64,000 nt of DNA from Candidatus Bathyarchaeota archaeon (GCA_963833575.1 CAWHXY010000006.1:96001-160000); one strand, 5' to 3'; positions 42,404 to 53,195 are shown, counted from the first letter of the stretch. Numbers and translations are program-made. Notes: a model not told the origin generated them from the sequence alone.

Positions 42404-42674
42404 TAATAATACTTACGCCTTTAATGGAAGGTTGCTTTAGAACCTTACGATTGATGCTCGTCTTTCAAAACATTATCTATCATCAAAGTTGCGCGATAAA
42501 TGATTTTTGTCCTGCAGCTAAGACAAAATCTCCAGGAAAATAGGCAAGCATACATCCTATATTTAGAAGTTAGATGAAAAAGGTCTAAAACGAAATTGGG
42601 CAAATTCCTCAGTCGTTTTCTTTTAGAAAGGCTTAAACAGAGCCTTTTTAAACTAGTAAATTCAGAGAATAGAT

Positions 42675-42863
42675 ATGCCAACTATAAAAAACGCTAAGGC
42701 GAAAGCAGAAGAAGATGCTAAAAAGGCTGTTGCAGATGTCAAGAAAGCTGGCGGAAAGGCAGTTGAGGAAACCAAAAAAGCTGCCGGAGTAGCCGAGAAA
42801 GCTGGTAAAAAAGTAGCCAAAGAAACCAAGAAAGCAGCCAAAAAAGTCAAGGAAAAAATGTAA
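42675..42863 (+). CDS. Small Lys/Ala-rich basic protein
   Basis: Repetitive KKA/KKV composition; T-rich terminator after it. Confidence 0.6.
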   Translation: MPTIKNAKAKAEEDAKKAVADVKKAGGKAVEETKKAAGVAEKAGKKVAKETKKAAKKVKEKM

Positions 42864-42975
42864 GAAAGCAAATTATTTTTAACATCCTTTTTTCCTTTTT
42901 TTCATAGAAAATTGCTAATAGACGAGTTAATTTTAACGAAAAGCATGATCTTAGCGCTTTAGAAGAAATGAAAAT

Positions 42976-44142
42976 TTATTTTAGTAAATCCTTATTTGGA
43001 ACTACTTCGTTAGCCGGCTGTTTATTAACAGCTGGCAGAATTGCCTTTTTTCGTCTTGCTGACAATAACTGCCAAGCGACGATAGGTGCCCAACCGCTGA
43101 TAATCATAACAGTTCCAGGGAAGCCGCCGATGTTTCGTCCCAATATTGGTTGAAGTCCATTTATGATGTCTCCAAGGAATGCTTCCCAAATGCCAAAAGC
43201 TACTGCAATTGCTACGGCAGCAATCAAAGCGGTTCTTTTGCCAAACTTATTGTATGTTTGAACAGCTAGAACTCCTGCAAAGAAGAAGTCGCCTAACCCT
43301 AGGCCTCTTGCTAAAATACCGCCTGTCGACGAGTAGACAAAGGGGATGTTTGGCAAGTAGACCAGCACTGGAAGCCCGAGGTTCGTAAATGAATGCGCAG
43401 CAGTAAGCATTACTGGTGTTCCTATAACTAAAATGATGTCCATGGTAGTTAGCAGAACTGCGAAGAGCCCCACTGTTTTCCAGCTGAATAGTGAGCTTAG
43501 GTAAAGGATTATCAAGATTGCGAATGTTAATCCGAAAACATCCATAAGATATGGAGACCAAACTGCGGCAGTACCCGAATTGTAAATTACGTTAAAGAAG
43601 ACAAATAAGAGAACAAATATTGCAGGAGGTTGTGCTGCCACATACCAACGCTGCTTAATCGATGGTTTGTATTGTTCGTAAACTGCAACGCTGAAACAAA
43701 AGATGGCGAAAGCGACAAATGCTATAACCCGATATATAGTATAGATATCTCGAAACGGTGTTAGGGCAAGAACAATTGCCACTACTATACCGGCTGTTCC
43801 GAAACCTACTGAGAGCATTTGTGCCCTAATTCTTGTTAGATTGGAAAATACGAACGAAATAGTGAAGAGCAGCATAGTGTATGATGACAAGAAGAACACT
43901 AGAAGAATATCTTCAAAGATAGCCCCAGGATTAAGCACAGCGGCATAAGCTAAAGCCGAAACTATAATCGCCATGAAAACAACAAGAAGAATTATGTCTT
44001 TTGTTTTGAACTCTTTTTGTTCAACTGTGCTCATAAGTTTGCCTTGAACGCGTTTGTTTAGAAACATGGCAACGGTAACTACAAGCAGCAAGGCGATTGG
44101 CATAGCCACGTCAAGTGAGGGCATAGAGAGCAAAGTAATCAA
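42976..44142 (-). CDS. Presenilin/SPP-like GxGD intramembrane aspartyl protease
   Basis: MDIILV and GLGLGDF catalytic motifs in TM segments. Confidence 0.78.
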   Translation of the reverse strand: MITLLSMPSLDVAMPIALLLVVTVAMFLNKRVQGKLMSTVEQKEFKTKDIILLVVFMAIIVSALAYAAVLNPGAIFEDILLVFFLSSYTMLLFTISFVFSNLTRIRAQMLSVGFGTAGIVVAIVLALTPFRDIYTIYRVIAFVAFAIFCFSVAVYEQYKPSIKQRWYVAAQPPAIFVLLFVFFNVIYNSGTAAVWSPYLMDVFGLTFAILIILYLSSLFSWKTVGLFAVLLTTMDIILVIGTPVMLTAAHSFTNLGLPVLVYLPNIPFVYSSTGGILARGLGLGDFFFAGVLAVQTYNKFGKRTALIAAVAIAVAFGIWEAFLGDIINGLQPILGRNIGGFPGTVMIISGWAPIVAWQLLSARRKKAILPAVNKQPANEVVPNKDLLK

Positions 44143-44261
44143 AGTTGCATTTATTTGTTTAGATAAAAAAACAAAAAAGCCCTAATGCTTCAAACAACAA
44201 TAACATATTGAGTGTACCTTATGCAAAGAAATAAAAAGTCGTTAATAATTGATCTTGGAAA

Positions 44262-44996
44262 TTAGAATATGGTTTCTGTCATTATCCTCTTTAGTATTGT
44301 GGCACCGTCTTTCATTTTGAGTTTTTTTTCACCGAGTCTCTCTCTATACTGGATCGGCACCTCAACTGTTTTGAAGCCTTTCTTTTGTATCAAGCTGTTT
44401 AGTTCCACTTCGATGTCGAAGCCTTCAGACTTTATTGTATAGTTCCTGAGAATTTCTGCTCGGATAACTCTCAAACCTGTAAGAGGGTCAACTAGTGTTA
44501 TCCCGTTAAGAACATTATGGGCAAAAGCTAGAACTTTGTTTCCCAAGTAGAAACGGCTACGCAATGCTTTGTTGTCTAGCTGATCGTTGAATCGGTTTCC
44601 ACAAACCATTCCTACGTCTGGATTCTGATCAAGAATTTTTATCATTTCGGGCACATGTCGAGCTGGATAAGTGAAGTCCGCATCGGTGATTACAACATAG
44701 TCAATATCGCTGTCTGTTAGATTTAGCCCCTTCGCAATAGCATCCCCTTTGCCTACACCATCTTGAAAAGTAATATCCACTCCATAATTCTTTGCTACTT
44801 CCACAGTTCTATCGCTGCTGTGACCGTCTACAACCAGAATATGAGGCGAATCAAGATTATCCTTAAGCTCCTCTAATGTAAGTCCAATGCCTTGCTCCTC
44901 GTTTAAAGCTGCGACAATCACTTGAGTAGAACAAGCGCGGGCAAGAGGTGTTTCATAAATATTTTTCATAATCTGCAAAGTGTAAGTCCCTTTCAT
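44262..44996 (-). CDS. GT2 glycosyltransferase (DPM1-like)
   Basis: ALNEE, VVDGHSSDRT, GKG, DADFTY, GFDIEVE. Confidence 0.9.
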   Translation of the reverse strand: MKGTYTLQIMKNIYETPLARACSTQVIVAALNEEQGIGLTLEELKDNLDSPHILVVDGHSSDRTVEVAKNYGVDITFQDGVGKGDAIAKGLNLTDSDIDYVVITDADFTYPARHVPEMIKILDQNPDVGMVCGNRFNDQLDNKALRSRFYLGNKVLAFAHNVLNGITLVDPLTGLRVIRAEILRNYTIKSEGFDIEVELNSLIQKKGFKTVEVPIQYRERLGEKKLKMKDGATILKRIMTETIF

Positions 44997-45505
44997 CCAT
45001 TATTTCCTTTCATCCGTAATTTAGCGTTCTCTCTCTTTGAGTTCAAGTTAAAACAAAGTTCTCGTGGTTATTTAATATGTTTATGTGATTGTATGTTATC
45101 AGTAACAAGAAAATGATGGCTTTAGGAGTTATAATCGAATATTGTGTGTTTTTCTGTGTCTATCTGGCAGACTAATGCAAGATACAAACCATCCAAAAAA
45201 CCAAGCGACAACGACAAAAGGCAAGAGTAGTAGTTTGAATATTTTATTTTGTCTATACATAATGTCCTCTCTCTGGTATCATGCTATTGCAAGGTTTTAC
45301 AAAATAAGATTTTTTGAGAACTACACTTAACTACTTTGTTAATTTCTCTTCGCAATGTTCGAATCTGCTGAATTATTTTCAAATTAGTCAAAACAGTTAG
45401 CTGAAAAGACAAGTTTATTGCTGATTAAACTTTTTGAGGGCTTCCTATTATTATTCAATAGGATTTATTTTGCTCATGTTTCTAATATAGGTCGAGGATA
45501 AAGAA

Positions 45506-45757
45506 GTGAGCGAAGCGATTGACAGAAAAGGGTGGCGTGAGAGCGCTAAATCTTGGATATTACGTTTCATAAAATTCAACGTAATTGGCACCGTTGTTTT
45601 CTTGGTGGCAACAGTAATTTACATGGCTGCTTTTCCAGCAATTGGTGCCTGGACATGGCTGTTAGCTAATGCTGCTGGGGGCTTACTGCAGTTTACGTTG
45701 ATTACTTATTTCAACAAGAAGAAAAAAGGCGTGATTTTCCAGCAATGCAAGCAATAG
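45506..45757 (+). CDS. GtrA-like small membrane protein
   Basis: RFIKFNVIG motif and hydrophobic helices. Confidence 0.6.
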   Translation: MSEAIDRKGWRESAKSWILRFIKFNVIGTVVFLVATVIYMAAFPAIGAWTWLLANAAGGLLQFTLITYFNKKKKGVIFQQCKQ

Positions 45758-45783
45758 ATGTTAATGATAATAGACTTTGATAA

Positions 45784-46653
45784 TTAAAAGATATCACTTC
45801 TTTCCCCAAACTGCATGTTCAAAATTGCTAACGTCGCTAGGATCGCTTCTTCAGTTCGAACCGTCGCCGTTCCCTGCTCAGGAATCATATTCACCACAAA
45901 ATCAACAATGGCTTCAAGCTTTGAGCCTTCCTCTTCAGCAATTTCATGCAATCCACGCGACGGAGCACCAAACGCTACCAAAACCCGCCTGCTACCCCGC
46001 CATTTTTCATTTATCTTGCCAGCGACACCCATAAAGTTATCGCCTATCCGTGCAGTAGCAATACGCAAATCAAAATGCCCATCTGCAATCATTTTTGCAA
46101 ATGAACGTTTTTCCACGCGAACCCTATACCCCCAGTAAACTGGAATATCTTCTCGGTTTGCGGTTTGAACCTCAATTTGCTTGCCAATGTTAACTATTTG
46201 CAGAGTTAATCGGTCTCCCACTGCAAACAGTTTTTGCCTCAAAAGTGCAGGTTGCTGAACTCCAATGTCAAGAACTAAACCCTCTTTGTTCTCAGACAAA
46301 ACCACGCCCTCACGGTAATCGCCCACTTGCAGATGCTTAGTTTTTCCACTCAAAGGATGATGCGGTGTACGCAACGGAGGCAAAATTCCTGCAAACTCCA
46401 AATCTGGATCAAGCTTAAACAACCGTTTCCTCAGATACTGTGGAGTCTCCAAATAGCCAAGTAAAAGCGCAACAAAATCTATCTCCCTTTTCTGATCTGC
46501 TTTGCGGATGTCTGGGTAAACTATGATTTCGTCCACTCGGAAAATCGCTGCTGTACGCCCAATTAACCCAATTTTCGCTGTTTTCTCTCTCAAGTGGGGT
46601 GTATCGGATATTGTGGACGCGGGGATAGCGATTGAAATTTTGTTTTTATCCAT
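45784..46653 (-). CDS. SPOUT-family RNA methyltransferase (DUF171)
   Basis: ETPQYLRK, LPPLRTPHH, FGAP..GL, QGTATVRTEEA. Confidence 0.9.
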   Translation of the reverse strand: MDKNKISIAIPASTISDTPHLREKTAKIGLIGRTAAIFRVDEIIVYPDIRKADQKREIDFVALLLGYLETPQYLRKRLFKLDPDLEFAGILPPLRTPHHPLSGKTKHLQVGDYREGVVLSENKEGLVLDIGVQQPALLRQKLFAVGDRLTLQIVNIGKQIEVQTANREDIPVYWGYRVRVEKRSFAKMIADGHFDLRIATARIGDNFMGVAGKINEKWRGSRRVLVAFGAPSRGLHEIAEEEGSKLEAIVDFVVNMIPEQGTATVRTEEAILATLAILNMQFGERSDIF

Positions 46654-46728
46654 AGTACTTCTGCCTCTGTGCTTGGTTGTCTGCGGTGTGCTTAAAAGGC
46701 TGAGAGGAGATATAAAACTGCGTGTTAT

Positions 46729-47844
46729 TTGGAGGATCTAACTTTGCCAACAACGCTTTTAGATAACGTTGAAAAAATAAATGCGATTGATAAAAGTGGA
46801 ATGCTAAATTTTTGTATTAACGCACCCAAACATTACCGAAAAGCAGCCGCTATAGCCCAGAAAATCTCGGTGAACATCCCTAAACCAGACAACATCATCA
46901 TTTCCGGATTAGGCGGCTCAGCGATAGGCGGCGATTTGCTAAAAGATTGGGCGAGAGACAAATCGTCAGTACCCATTGAAGTAAACCGCGAATATCATCT
47001 ACCAGCATACGTTGGAAAGAAAACTCTTGTGATAGTATCTAGCTATTCAGGCGAAACAGAGGAAGCGCTTAGCGCATTTCTCGAGGCCCTCAAACGCAAA
47101 TGCATGATCTACTGCATCAGCAGCGGCGGCGCCCTCCTGAAGTATGCCATAAAACACAATGTGTCTTATCTGCAGGTCCCAGGAGGCATGCCTCCTCGTG
47201 CAGCGTTACCCTACATGTTCATTCCATTAGTTATTTTCATGCAAAAAACTGGTTTAGTAACTGGAGTTTCTGTTGAACTCGATGAAGCCCTAAAGCTTCT
47301 GGAAAAAATCTGTGCCGACAATTTGCCGCAGAAACCAACGGCCGATAACTTTGCTAAAACGTTGGCGTTGGACATCGGTGAAACGGTTCCTGTGATCTAC
47401 GGTTTTGGCTTCTACCGCGGTGTTGCTCAACGTTTTAAGCAGCAAATCAACGAAAATGCGAAGTACCCAGCGAAATGGGAGGTTTTCCCCGAGCTTAATC
47501 ATAACGAGATTGTCGGTTGGGTAAACAGCGGCGATTCCTGTAAGGGGTTTTCCGTCATTTTCCTTCGCGACATGGATGAGCCAGTGGAGATCAAGAGCAG
47601 AATCGAAACTACAAAACAAATCATGGGTAACTCTGGGTTAAAAATGGTTGACCTTCAATCGCAGGGCACTGGCGCATTGGCAAAGATGCTGTCAACTATA
47701 CTTGTGGGCGACTTCACAAGCAACTACTTAGCTGTGCTGCATGGAGTGGACCCAACGCCGGTAGAAATTATTACCCACCTAAAAGGCACGCTACAACAAA
47801 ATGGGTTTAAAGAGAAAATAATAAGAGAGCTAGAAAAAATCTAG
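46729..47844 (+). CDS. Bifunctional phosphoglucose/phosphomannose isomerase
   Basis: GLGGSAIGGD, SYSGETEE, PRAA, NENAK, PELNHNE. Confidence 0.93.
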   Translation: MEDLTLPTTLLDNVEKINAIDKSGMLNFCINAPKHYRKAAAIAQKISVNIPKPDNIIISGLGGSAIGGDLLKDWARDKSSVPIEVNREYHLPAYVGKKTLVIVSSYSGETEEALSAFLEALKRKCMIYCISSGGALLKYAIKHNVSYLQVPGGMPPRAALPYMFIPLVIFMQKTGLVTGVSVELDEALKLLEKICADNLPQKPTADNFAKTLALDIGETVPVIYGFGFYRGVAQRFKQQINENAKYPAKWEVFPELNHNEIVGWVNSGDSCKGFSVIFLRDMDEPVEIKSRIETTKQIMGNSGLKMVDLQSQGTGALAKMLSTILVGDFTSNYLAVLHGVDPTPVEIITHLKGTLQQNGFKEKIIRELEKI

Positions 47845-47969
47845 CTAAGCTACCAATTTTGCCAAGACGTTAGCATTACTTTTTTCTCTTAATTGAGGAA
47901 AGTCCCAGTTCTCTTTATGCACGAGTTCCTCAACAGGCGTCTTTTGTCAATGTTAATTCAAGTTTTAAT

Positions 47970-48641
47970 CTAGCGCTTAATCCATTTCTTTTTCCAAGCC
48001 ACCATTGTAGAAACCAATACAACAACTGCCACAATAATGGCCACAGAAAGGGAGTAGAACAACGTTTGGTTCAACCCAAGAATTTGTGGGTTCCACATGT
48101 TTGTTGCAGTCGCTTTTGCATGGATCGTGTAATTCTCTAAGTAATCGTTACTTTGTGTGTAGACGCCTGTAGATTTATCCCATTCTTTGTTTCTCTCAGT
48201 TGTATTAGTGTATGTGATTACTCTGTCGGCGCCAGCCACTGTCTGGTGGAGTTGCCCCTGAATAGTTACATTGCTGCCTAACCCTGAGTCATAGAAGTAT
48301 TCGCCTGGGCTAAGGTTAGCAGGGATAATAATCCAAGCTTGGACTTGTCCAGCGCTGAAATTGAAGAGTCTAACACCGCTTGAAAATGTTCCGTTTACAT
48401 ACCTAACTGTGACATTTGCATGAAACGCAGTACCTTCAACGTCTAAAATCTCGATTCTAGCCCAGTTCAAATTTTGTTCTGGAAGCGGAGTGCCAGTTGC
48501 GCTGACACTATACTCAACCCAATTCCCCTTCTTGACTCCCACAGAGGTTGATTGACATTGAACTGCACTCAAAGTTATCAGGAAAGAGAAAACTATTATT
48601 GCCGCAACCATTATGCGCGTAAATTGACGCATGAAAAGCAC
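47970..48641 (-). CDS. Membrane-anchored secreted hypothetical protein
   Basis: Signal peptide, VGVKKGNWVEY, WDK.TG, TNMW, C-terminal TM. Confidence 0.72.
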   Translation of the reverse strand: MLFMRQFTRIMVAAIIVFSFLITLSAVQCQSTSVGVKKGNWVEYSVSATGTPLPEQNLNWARIEILDVEGTAFHANVTVRYVNGTFSSGVRLFNFSAGQVQAWIIIPANLSPGEYFYDSGLGSNVTIQGQLHQTVAGADRVITYTNTTERNKEWDKSTGVYTQSNDYLENYTIHAKATATNMWNPQILGLNQTLFYSLSVAIIVAVVVLVSTMVAWKKKWIKR

Positions 48642-48714
48642 TCAAGGAAAGGTCAGTTTTTCTATCTAAAAAGCTTTTGCGAAAAGGCAAATTAAAAAAG
48701 AAAAAATCAAAAAG

Positions 48715-49776
48715 TTAGGCAATGAATTTTGCGAAGTCTTTTTCTGCAACCTCAATCGAAACCATTTGCGGTGGACGTTTAAACGCGTATGCACAAATTG
48801 GGTCAATTGCACCTTCAAGTTTCTTGTTTAATGCCAATTTCATTGCACGGACTACATCAAAGAGCACACTACCAGCGTTTGGCGCATCAACAGTTTGGAA
48901 TTTGAGATCAATCTTCATGGGTGCATTACAGAAGTAGACGCCGCTTATCCAGAAGTAACTGTCACGCTTGTTTTGCAGAAAATCAACATAATCCGTGGAT
49001 CCAGCTACAATTTCAGCTTTATAGGGTATTGAAGCAGCTACTGACTCAGTTTTTATTGTCCGTTTTGCATCACGACTGCGTTCCTGCGTATCAACGGATT
49101 CTGTTCCTCCACCAACATCAAGTTGGTAAGTCTCAACTATCTTCACCCCACTGTCTGAAAGCAGTTTAAGCAGTGTTTTATGCAATGAAGTTGAGCCCAC
49201 TTGATCTATTAGGTCGTCGCCAACAAGTGGGAGTTTTGCGTCAGCAAATCGTTTTGCCCATGAAACATCACTGGCTATGAATGTTGGTGTAGCATTTACG
49301 AAACCGCATCCTGCAGCCAAGGCTTGTTCTGCGTACCACTGCGAGGTTTGCGTAGCTCCACTTGGCAACAGGTTAACCATGATTTCAGCGCCCGAATCCT
49401 TGAGAACCTTGACAACGTACACATCAGTCACATTGCTAACTTTTACGATAGCTTTACTCGAATTTCCCAACCCATCCAGCAGCGGTCCCTTGTTAACCTT
49501 GACGCCTGTTAAAGGCACATCAGCTACTTTAGGAGCATTATTAGGCAAAGCAAAAATGGCTTCCGAAAGATCTTTTCCAACTTTGCGTTCATCCACATCA
49601 AAAGCCGCAACTACCTCAATGTCTTTAGGGCTTAAACCAGCCAAAACGGGGTTGCGAAGCCCAACAAAATCTTCAGATTTCTGGAATTTTGAGTAGTATT
49701 GAATGCCTTGAATAAAGGCTGAAGCGCAGTTTCCAACGCCGATTAATGCAACTTTAACTTTGGGCACATGTAGCAC
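48715..49776 (-). CDS. ino1: Myo-inositol-1-phosphate synthase
   Basis: GVGNCAS, AAFDVD, FVNATP, GDD, D.PN.G, AFKRPP. Confidence 0.9.
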   Translation of the reverse strand: MLHVPKVKVALIGVGNCASAFIQGIQYYSKFQKSEDFVGLRNPVLAGLSPKDIEVVAAFDVDERKVGKDLSEAIFALPNNAPKVADVPLTGVKVNKGPLLDGLGNSSKAIVKVSNVTDVYVVKVLKDSGAEIMVNLLPSGATQTSQWYAEQALAAGCGFVNATPTFIASDVSWAKRFADAKLPLVGDDLIDQVGSTSLHKTLLKLLSDSGVKIVETYQLDVGGGTESVDTQERSRDAKRTIKTESVAASIPYKAEIVAGSTDYVDFLQNKRDSYFWISGVYFCNAPMKIDLKFQTVDAPNAGSVLFDVVRAMKLALNKKLEGAIDPICAYAFKRPPQMVSIEVAEKDFAKFIA

Positions 49777-50003
49777 CTTGCTTGGCTTCTCTATTTGCGA
49801 ATCCCCTTTAAAAAGCTACGGTGTTCACACTCTTGAATAAAACACTCAGCGAAACCCTTTCTGATTTTCAACACTTCTTTTTGCAACTTCATAAGAAACG
49901 CTTATTATCCAAATTTGGGTGACATCTCCCGCGCCAAACCCTCCCTTTCTTTTTCATTAATGTTCTGCTGTAGTCTTTTTGCTTACCTAAATTTTTCGGA
50001 GGT

Positions 50004-50282
50004 TTGTCCTTGAGCGGTAGCTGTGAACCTCTTTTTTCTGATTTTTACAACAAGGATTGGGCCAATCGAAAACTCCGTTTTGCGATCGCAACTCTTCAGG
50101 GAAAAATTGAGATCTCTATCTGGAAAAGACGCCTTCAAACGGCTCTAATTGCCAAGGATGAGCTCCTGGATCATGGTTACAAGTGGCAAGCCCAGAGGAT
50201 CGATAACTGGATCCATAGGCTCCAGGGCCAGGAAATTGCTAAGGATGAGGCCAGGATTCAGGGCCAGGAGGCCAGGAAATAA
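50004..50282 (+). CDS. E2 ORF1 hypothetical (92 aa)
   Basis: GGAGG before TTG; homologous to E1 33640-33882. Confidence 0.72.
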   Translation: MSLSGSCEPLFSDFYNKDWANRKLRFAIATLQGKIEISIWKRRLQTALIAKDELLDHGYKWQAQRIDNWIHRLQGQEIAKDEARIQGQEARK

Positions 50283-50473
50283 TGAAGGATCCAATCTTTG
50301 GATCTGGCCAGTTAGATATCTGGCCCTGCAGGAGAGGATCTTGGCACCAGGAAAACAATTATTGGTTGATTGAGGCCTGGCCAGCAGCTGCTCAGGATCC
50401 AATAGTTTCCAGGCCCGGGAATTTACAGGCCGAAGGCCTGACCTCTGAGAGAAGAGAGGAGGGCTCTTTCTAA
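50282..50473 (+). CDS. E2 ORF2 hypothetical (63 aa)
   Basis: TAATG overlap; C-terminus shared with E1 ORF2. Confidence 0.55.
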   Translation: MKDPIFGSGQLDIWPCRRGSWHQENNYWLIEAWPAAAQDPIVSRPGNLQAEGLTSERREEGSF

Positions 50474-51424
50474 TTGGCAGCAAAATTTAGGCTGGAGCAA
50501 GAAGGCAGCTTCACTTTCATGAGGCCTGACTCGATCGAGTGTAGGATCGTTACCTGCAAGCATTATGAGGCCTGTAAAAGCGTTGGCGAAAAGTCGGGTA
50601 TCCTGCCTAAAGCGAAGTACGGTTTTGAGGAAATTGATTGGCAGTTACCAGGCCACGGCGAGAAGTATGATGATTGTGGGGATTGGCGGTATCGTGGCTG
50701 TCTTAACGTAGAAGCTCACGGCCAGAATGAGCTCGGTCAGGATGTTGAGGGAAAGATCTGGGTTGAGTGGTATCATCGGAATTGTGGCCGTGCAGAATGT
50801 CCTACTGATTATGAAAGATGGGCTGGGCTTGAAGCATCAAAAATCACGCATCGGTTGAAGTATTTTTGGAAGAGGGGAAAGGTGCTTCATATAACCATTT
50901 CTCCGAGTGAAAAGGACGCTTTAACATTGAGCTTTACCAAATTGAAGGCTAAAATGTACCGTGTTGCAAGGCTGAGGGGGATCAAGGGAGGCTGTGTAAT
51001 TTGGCATCCCTTCAGGGAAAATGATGATGGAACCTGGAGAGTATCTGGCCACTTCCATATCTTAGGGTTTGGGTGGGTTCGAAATGTCAGCCAGGGGTAC
51101 AAAAGTGATGGTTGGTTAGTGAAAAACATCCAGGACGGTCAGAAGGAAAGATCTGTTTTCAGGACGGCCATGTATCAGCTTAGCCACTGTGGTATAAGTA
51201 AAGGAACTCGTCCTGTGGCTTGGTTTGGAGTTTGCAGCTCAAAAATCAAAGTTCCAGAGATTGAGGAAGTTAAGCATCTATGTCCATGTTGCGGAGCTGA
51301 GCTAGTACAGCTTCGTTATTATGGAGATCCTGACGGTCTCCCAGATAAGACTGAAGAGAACGGTTCCTGGTTGGATTCTGGAGATTGGATCGAGAAAGAA
51401 ACAGTGAAATGGAGGAGAGATTAG
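50474..51424 (+). CDS. HUH rolling-circle replication initiator, IS91/SNJ1 RepA-like
   Basis: NCGRAECP, HITISP, GHFHILG, YQLSH, CPCCG. Confidence 0.85.
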   Translation: MAAKFRLEQEGSFTFMRPDSIECRIVTCKHYEACKSVGEKSGILPKAKYGFEEIDWQLPGHGEKYDDCGDWRYRGCLNVEAHGQNELGQDVEGKIWVEWYHRNCGRAECPTDYERWAGLEASKITHRLKYFWKRGKVLHITISPSEKDALTLSFTKLKAKMYRVARLRGIKGGCVIWHPFRENDDGTWRVSGHFHILGFGWVRNVSQGYKSDGWLVKNIQDGQKERSVFRTAMYQLSHCGISKGTRPVAWFGVCSSKIKVPEIEEVKHLCPCCGAELVQLRYYGDPDGLPDKTEENGSWLDSGDWIEKETVKWRRD

Positions 51425-51425
51425 G

Positions 51426-51638
51426 ATGTCTAAACTAGGGAGAAAGATTTGTTGCATCTATAGAAAGGATGCTCGCTGTGTTAGACCATTCCAGGATTTT
51501 CAACGGTGTTTCTTCATTGGAAATCATGTTAGAGCTGGAGAACAATGTGATTTTGACGTTGGAGTATGTTTGTTGGTACCTGAAGCAATTAAAGCTCAAT
51601 ATCTCGCTATTTTAGAAAAAAATGGTTTTCATAGGTGA
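51426..51638 (+). CDS. E2-specific Cys-rich protein (70 aa)
   Basis: Tightly packed after Rep; six Cys; absent from E1. Confidence 0.6.
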   Translation: MSKLGRKICCIYRKDARCVRPFQDFQRCFFIGNHVRAGEQCDFDVGVCLLVPEAIKAQYLAILEKNGFHR

Positions 51639-51645
51639 TGATTAG

Positions 51646-51804
51646 ATGTTCGTTAGCATTGAGATTTTAGAGAGTTTCAGGGCCAGGATCCAGGTTAAGA
51701 TCTGTGGTGAATGTCGGTTCTGGGTTGGCCGTTGCCTTTTAGGTGAGGGGAACCGTTTTGCCGGATCTGAGGCTTGTAATAGATCTAGGAGTCGAGATGT
51801 GTAA
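51646..51804 (+). CDS. E2 52-aa Cys-rich protein (not in the ORF track)
   Basis: GGTGA SD; RARIQVKICGECRFWVGRCLLGEGNRFAGSEAC; TAATG overlap with the next gene. Confidence 0.7.
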   Translation: MFVSIEILESFRARIQVKICGECRFWVGRCLLGEGNRFAGSEACNRSRSRDV

Positions 51805-52097
51805 TGGCTAGGGCTACAGATTGTATCTTAACAGGTACTAATCAAAAGAGGCTGTTGCGAGAGATTAGACAAAAGCGGTTGCTACCTCTGAATTTTGTTG
51901 AGAGGGTCAGGGATAAGGTTGTGGATCTAGATATCAGCTGTGAGATGTGTGGCCGAAGGATTAGAAAGGGCTCCAGGATCCATGTGATAAGGAGCTCAAT
52001 TAAAGTCAGGATTTATCATCTGTGTTGTTTTGAGGGCTCTTTTATTCATGCTCACAGAAGTAACTGTGATCAAGCTTCTGGGAGGGTTGAAAACTAA
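51804..52097 (+). CDS. E2 zinc-finger-like protein (97 aa)
   Basis: CEMC...YHLCC; homolog of 35356-35652. Confidence 0.72.
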   Translation: MARATDCILTGTNQKRLLREIRQKRLLPLNFVERVRDKVVDLDISCEMCGRRIRKGSRIHVIRSSIKVRIYHLCCFEGSFIHAHRSNCDQASGRVEN

Positions 52098-52098
52098 A

Positions 52099-52311
52099 AT
52101 GCCAAAAGGTGAAGGTACTGCTGGAGGCATCATGGAGATAATTAAGACTCCGCTGGGCATCATCATTTTGTTTATCATTATGTTGGTGCTAGCTGGACTC
52201 TCGATTGCCTCAGCTATCTCAGGAGCCTTAACCGCTGCAGCTGTCAGTTCAGCTGGGCTGTTGGTTGTAGTTGTGCTCCTGGTAGTTGTCAAAGTATTAG
52301 GGAAATCTTAA
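52099..52311 (+). CDS. E2 70-aa two-helix hydrophobic protein, candidate virion/capsid protein
   Basis: Amino-acid identical to 35654-35866. Confidence 0.8.
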   Translation: MPKGEGTAGGIMEIIKTPLGIIILFIIMLVLAGLSIASAISGALTAAAVSSAGLLVVVVLLVVVKVLGKS

Positions 52312-52599
52312 GCAGAAAGGCTCAGAATTGAGCTTTATTTCCTCATTCTCCCTCATTTTTCCGTTAATTAACATCTTTTGAGCTCCAGGAGAGGGGTTTT
52401 TGACTCTCTTAGGGTGGTCAGTTTTGATCGGAAAATGGCCAAGTTTCTTCAATCTTTTGCGTACGTGAGAAATTTGGGCCCCTTTATTATTATATTATGT
52501 ATATTAGGTAATCACAAAAAAAATAAATATTAAAAAATGCTTAGTAGAATTCAATTTGGGGTTGAATGTTGAAATGGAGCTCAGTTTGGTGGTATCTAA

Positions 52600-52881
52600 G
52601 TGAGAGAGTACAGTAATGGCTTCTCTGTTAAGCTAACAGATGAGGAGCAAGCAAGCTATGAGAGAGTTCTCAGTTATTATAAGGCCGTTGATCCTTCTCG
52701 ATCAAAAGCTTTCAGGTTGTTGCTGAGGGCGCTGGAGTTGGAGATCTCCAGGCAATCTCAGAAGGCCTATTGGAGTAACACCGAGTTTGATCCTCCCAGG
52801 GCTGAACCAAGCCATGACGTAACAATCAGTTCTGAGGAGGAGTTCCTGGAGAGAGAAGCAAAGGACACCTGGACTGAGTAG
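52600..52881 (+). CDS. E2 RHH-like regulator
   Basis: Identical to 36155-36436. Confidence 0.65.
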   Translation: MREYSNGFSVKLTDEEQASYERVLSYYKAVDPSRSKAFRLLLRALELEISRQSQKAYWSNTEFDPPRAEPSHDVTISSEEEFLEREAKDTWTE

Positions 52882-53050
52882 GGCAAAAGTAATATCCATA
52901 AAGGCGTTATTATTGATCAAGCAGCTGAGGCTAGCTGCATGGCTCCAGGAGGATTTAAGATCTTGAAACCGTCTTTTTCTTCCTTTTGGAGCCATCCAAT
53001 TTTAACTATTTTTGTCAATTGTGAAATAGGTCTAAAATCGGACATAGTGG

Positions 53051-53131
53051 GTAAAAAGTAATATCCGTTTGATGGGCTTTTGTGTCCATTTTGTTTATAA
53101 GTAAAAAGTAATATCCGTTTCATGGACTTTT
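53051..53131. repeat. E2 31-bp direct repeat x2 upstream of the integrase
   Basis: Same units as E1, at 53051 and 53101; partial copy at 52885-52897. Confidence 0.85.
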
Positions 53132-53195
53132 CTAAAAACTGTAGATGTTAAGAGCCTTGACGTTGAATAAGTCCTTCAAGGTTTCAAGATTTAAA

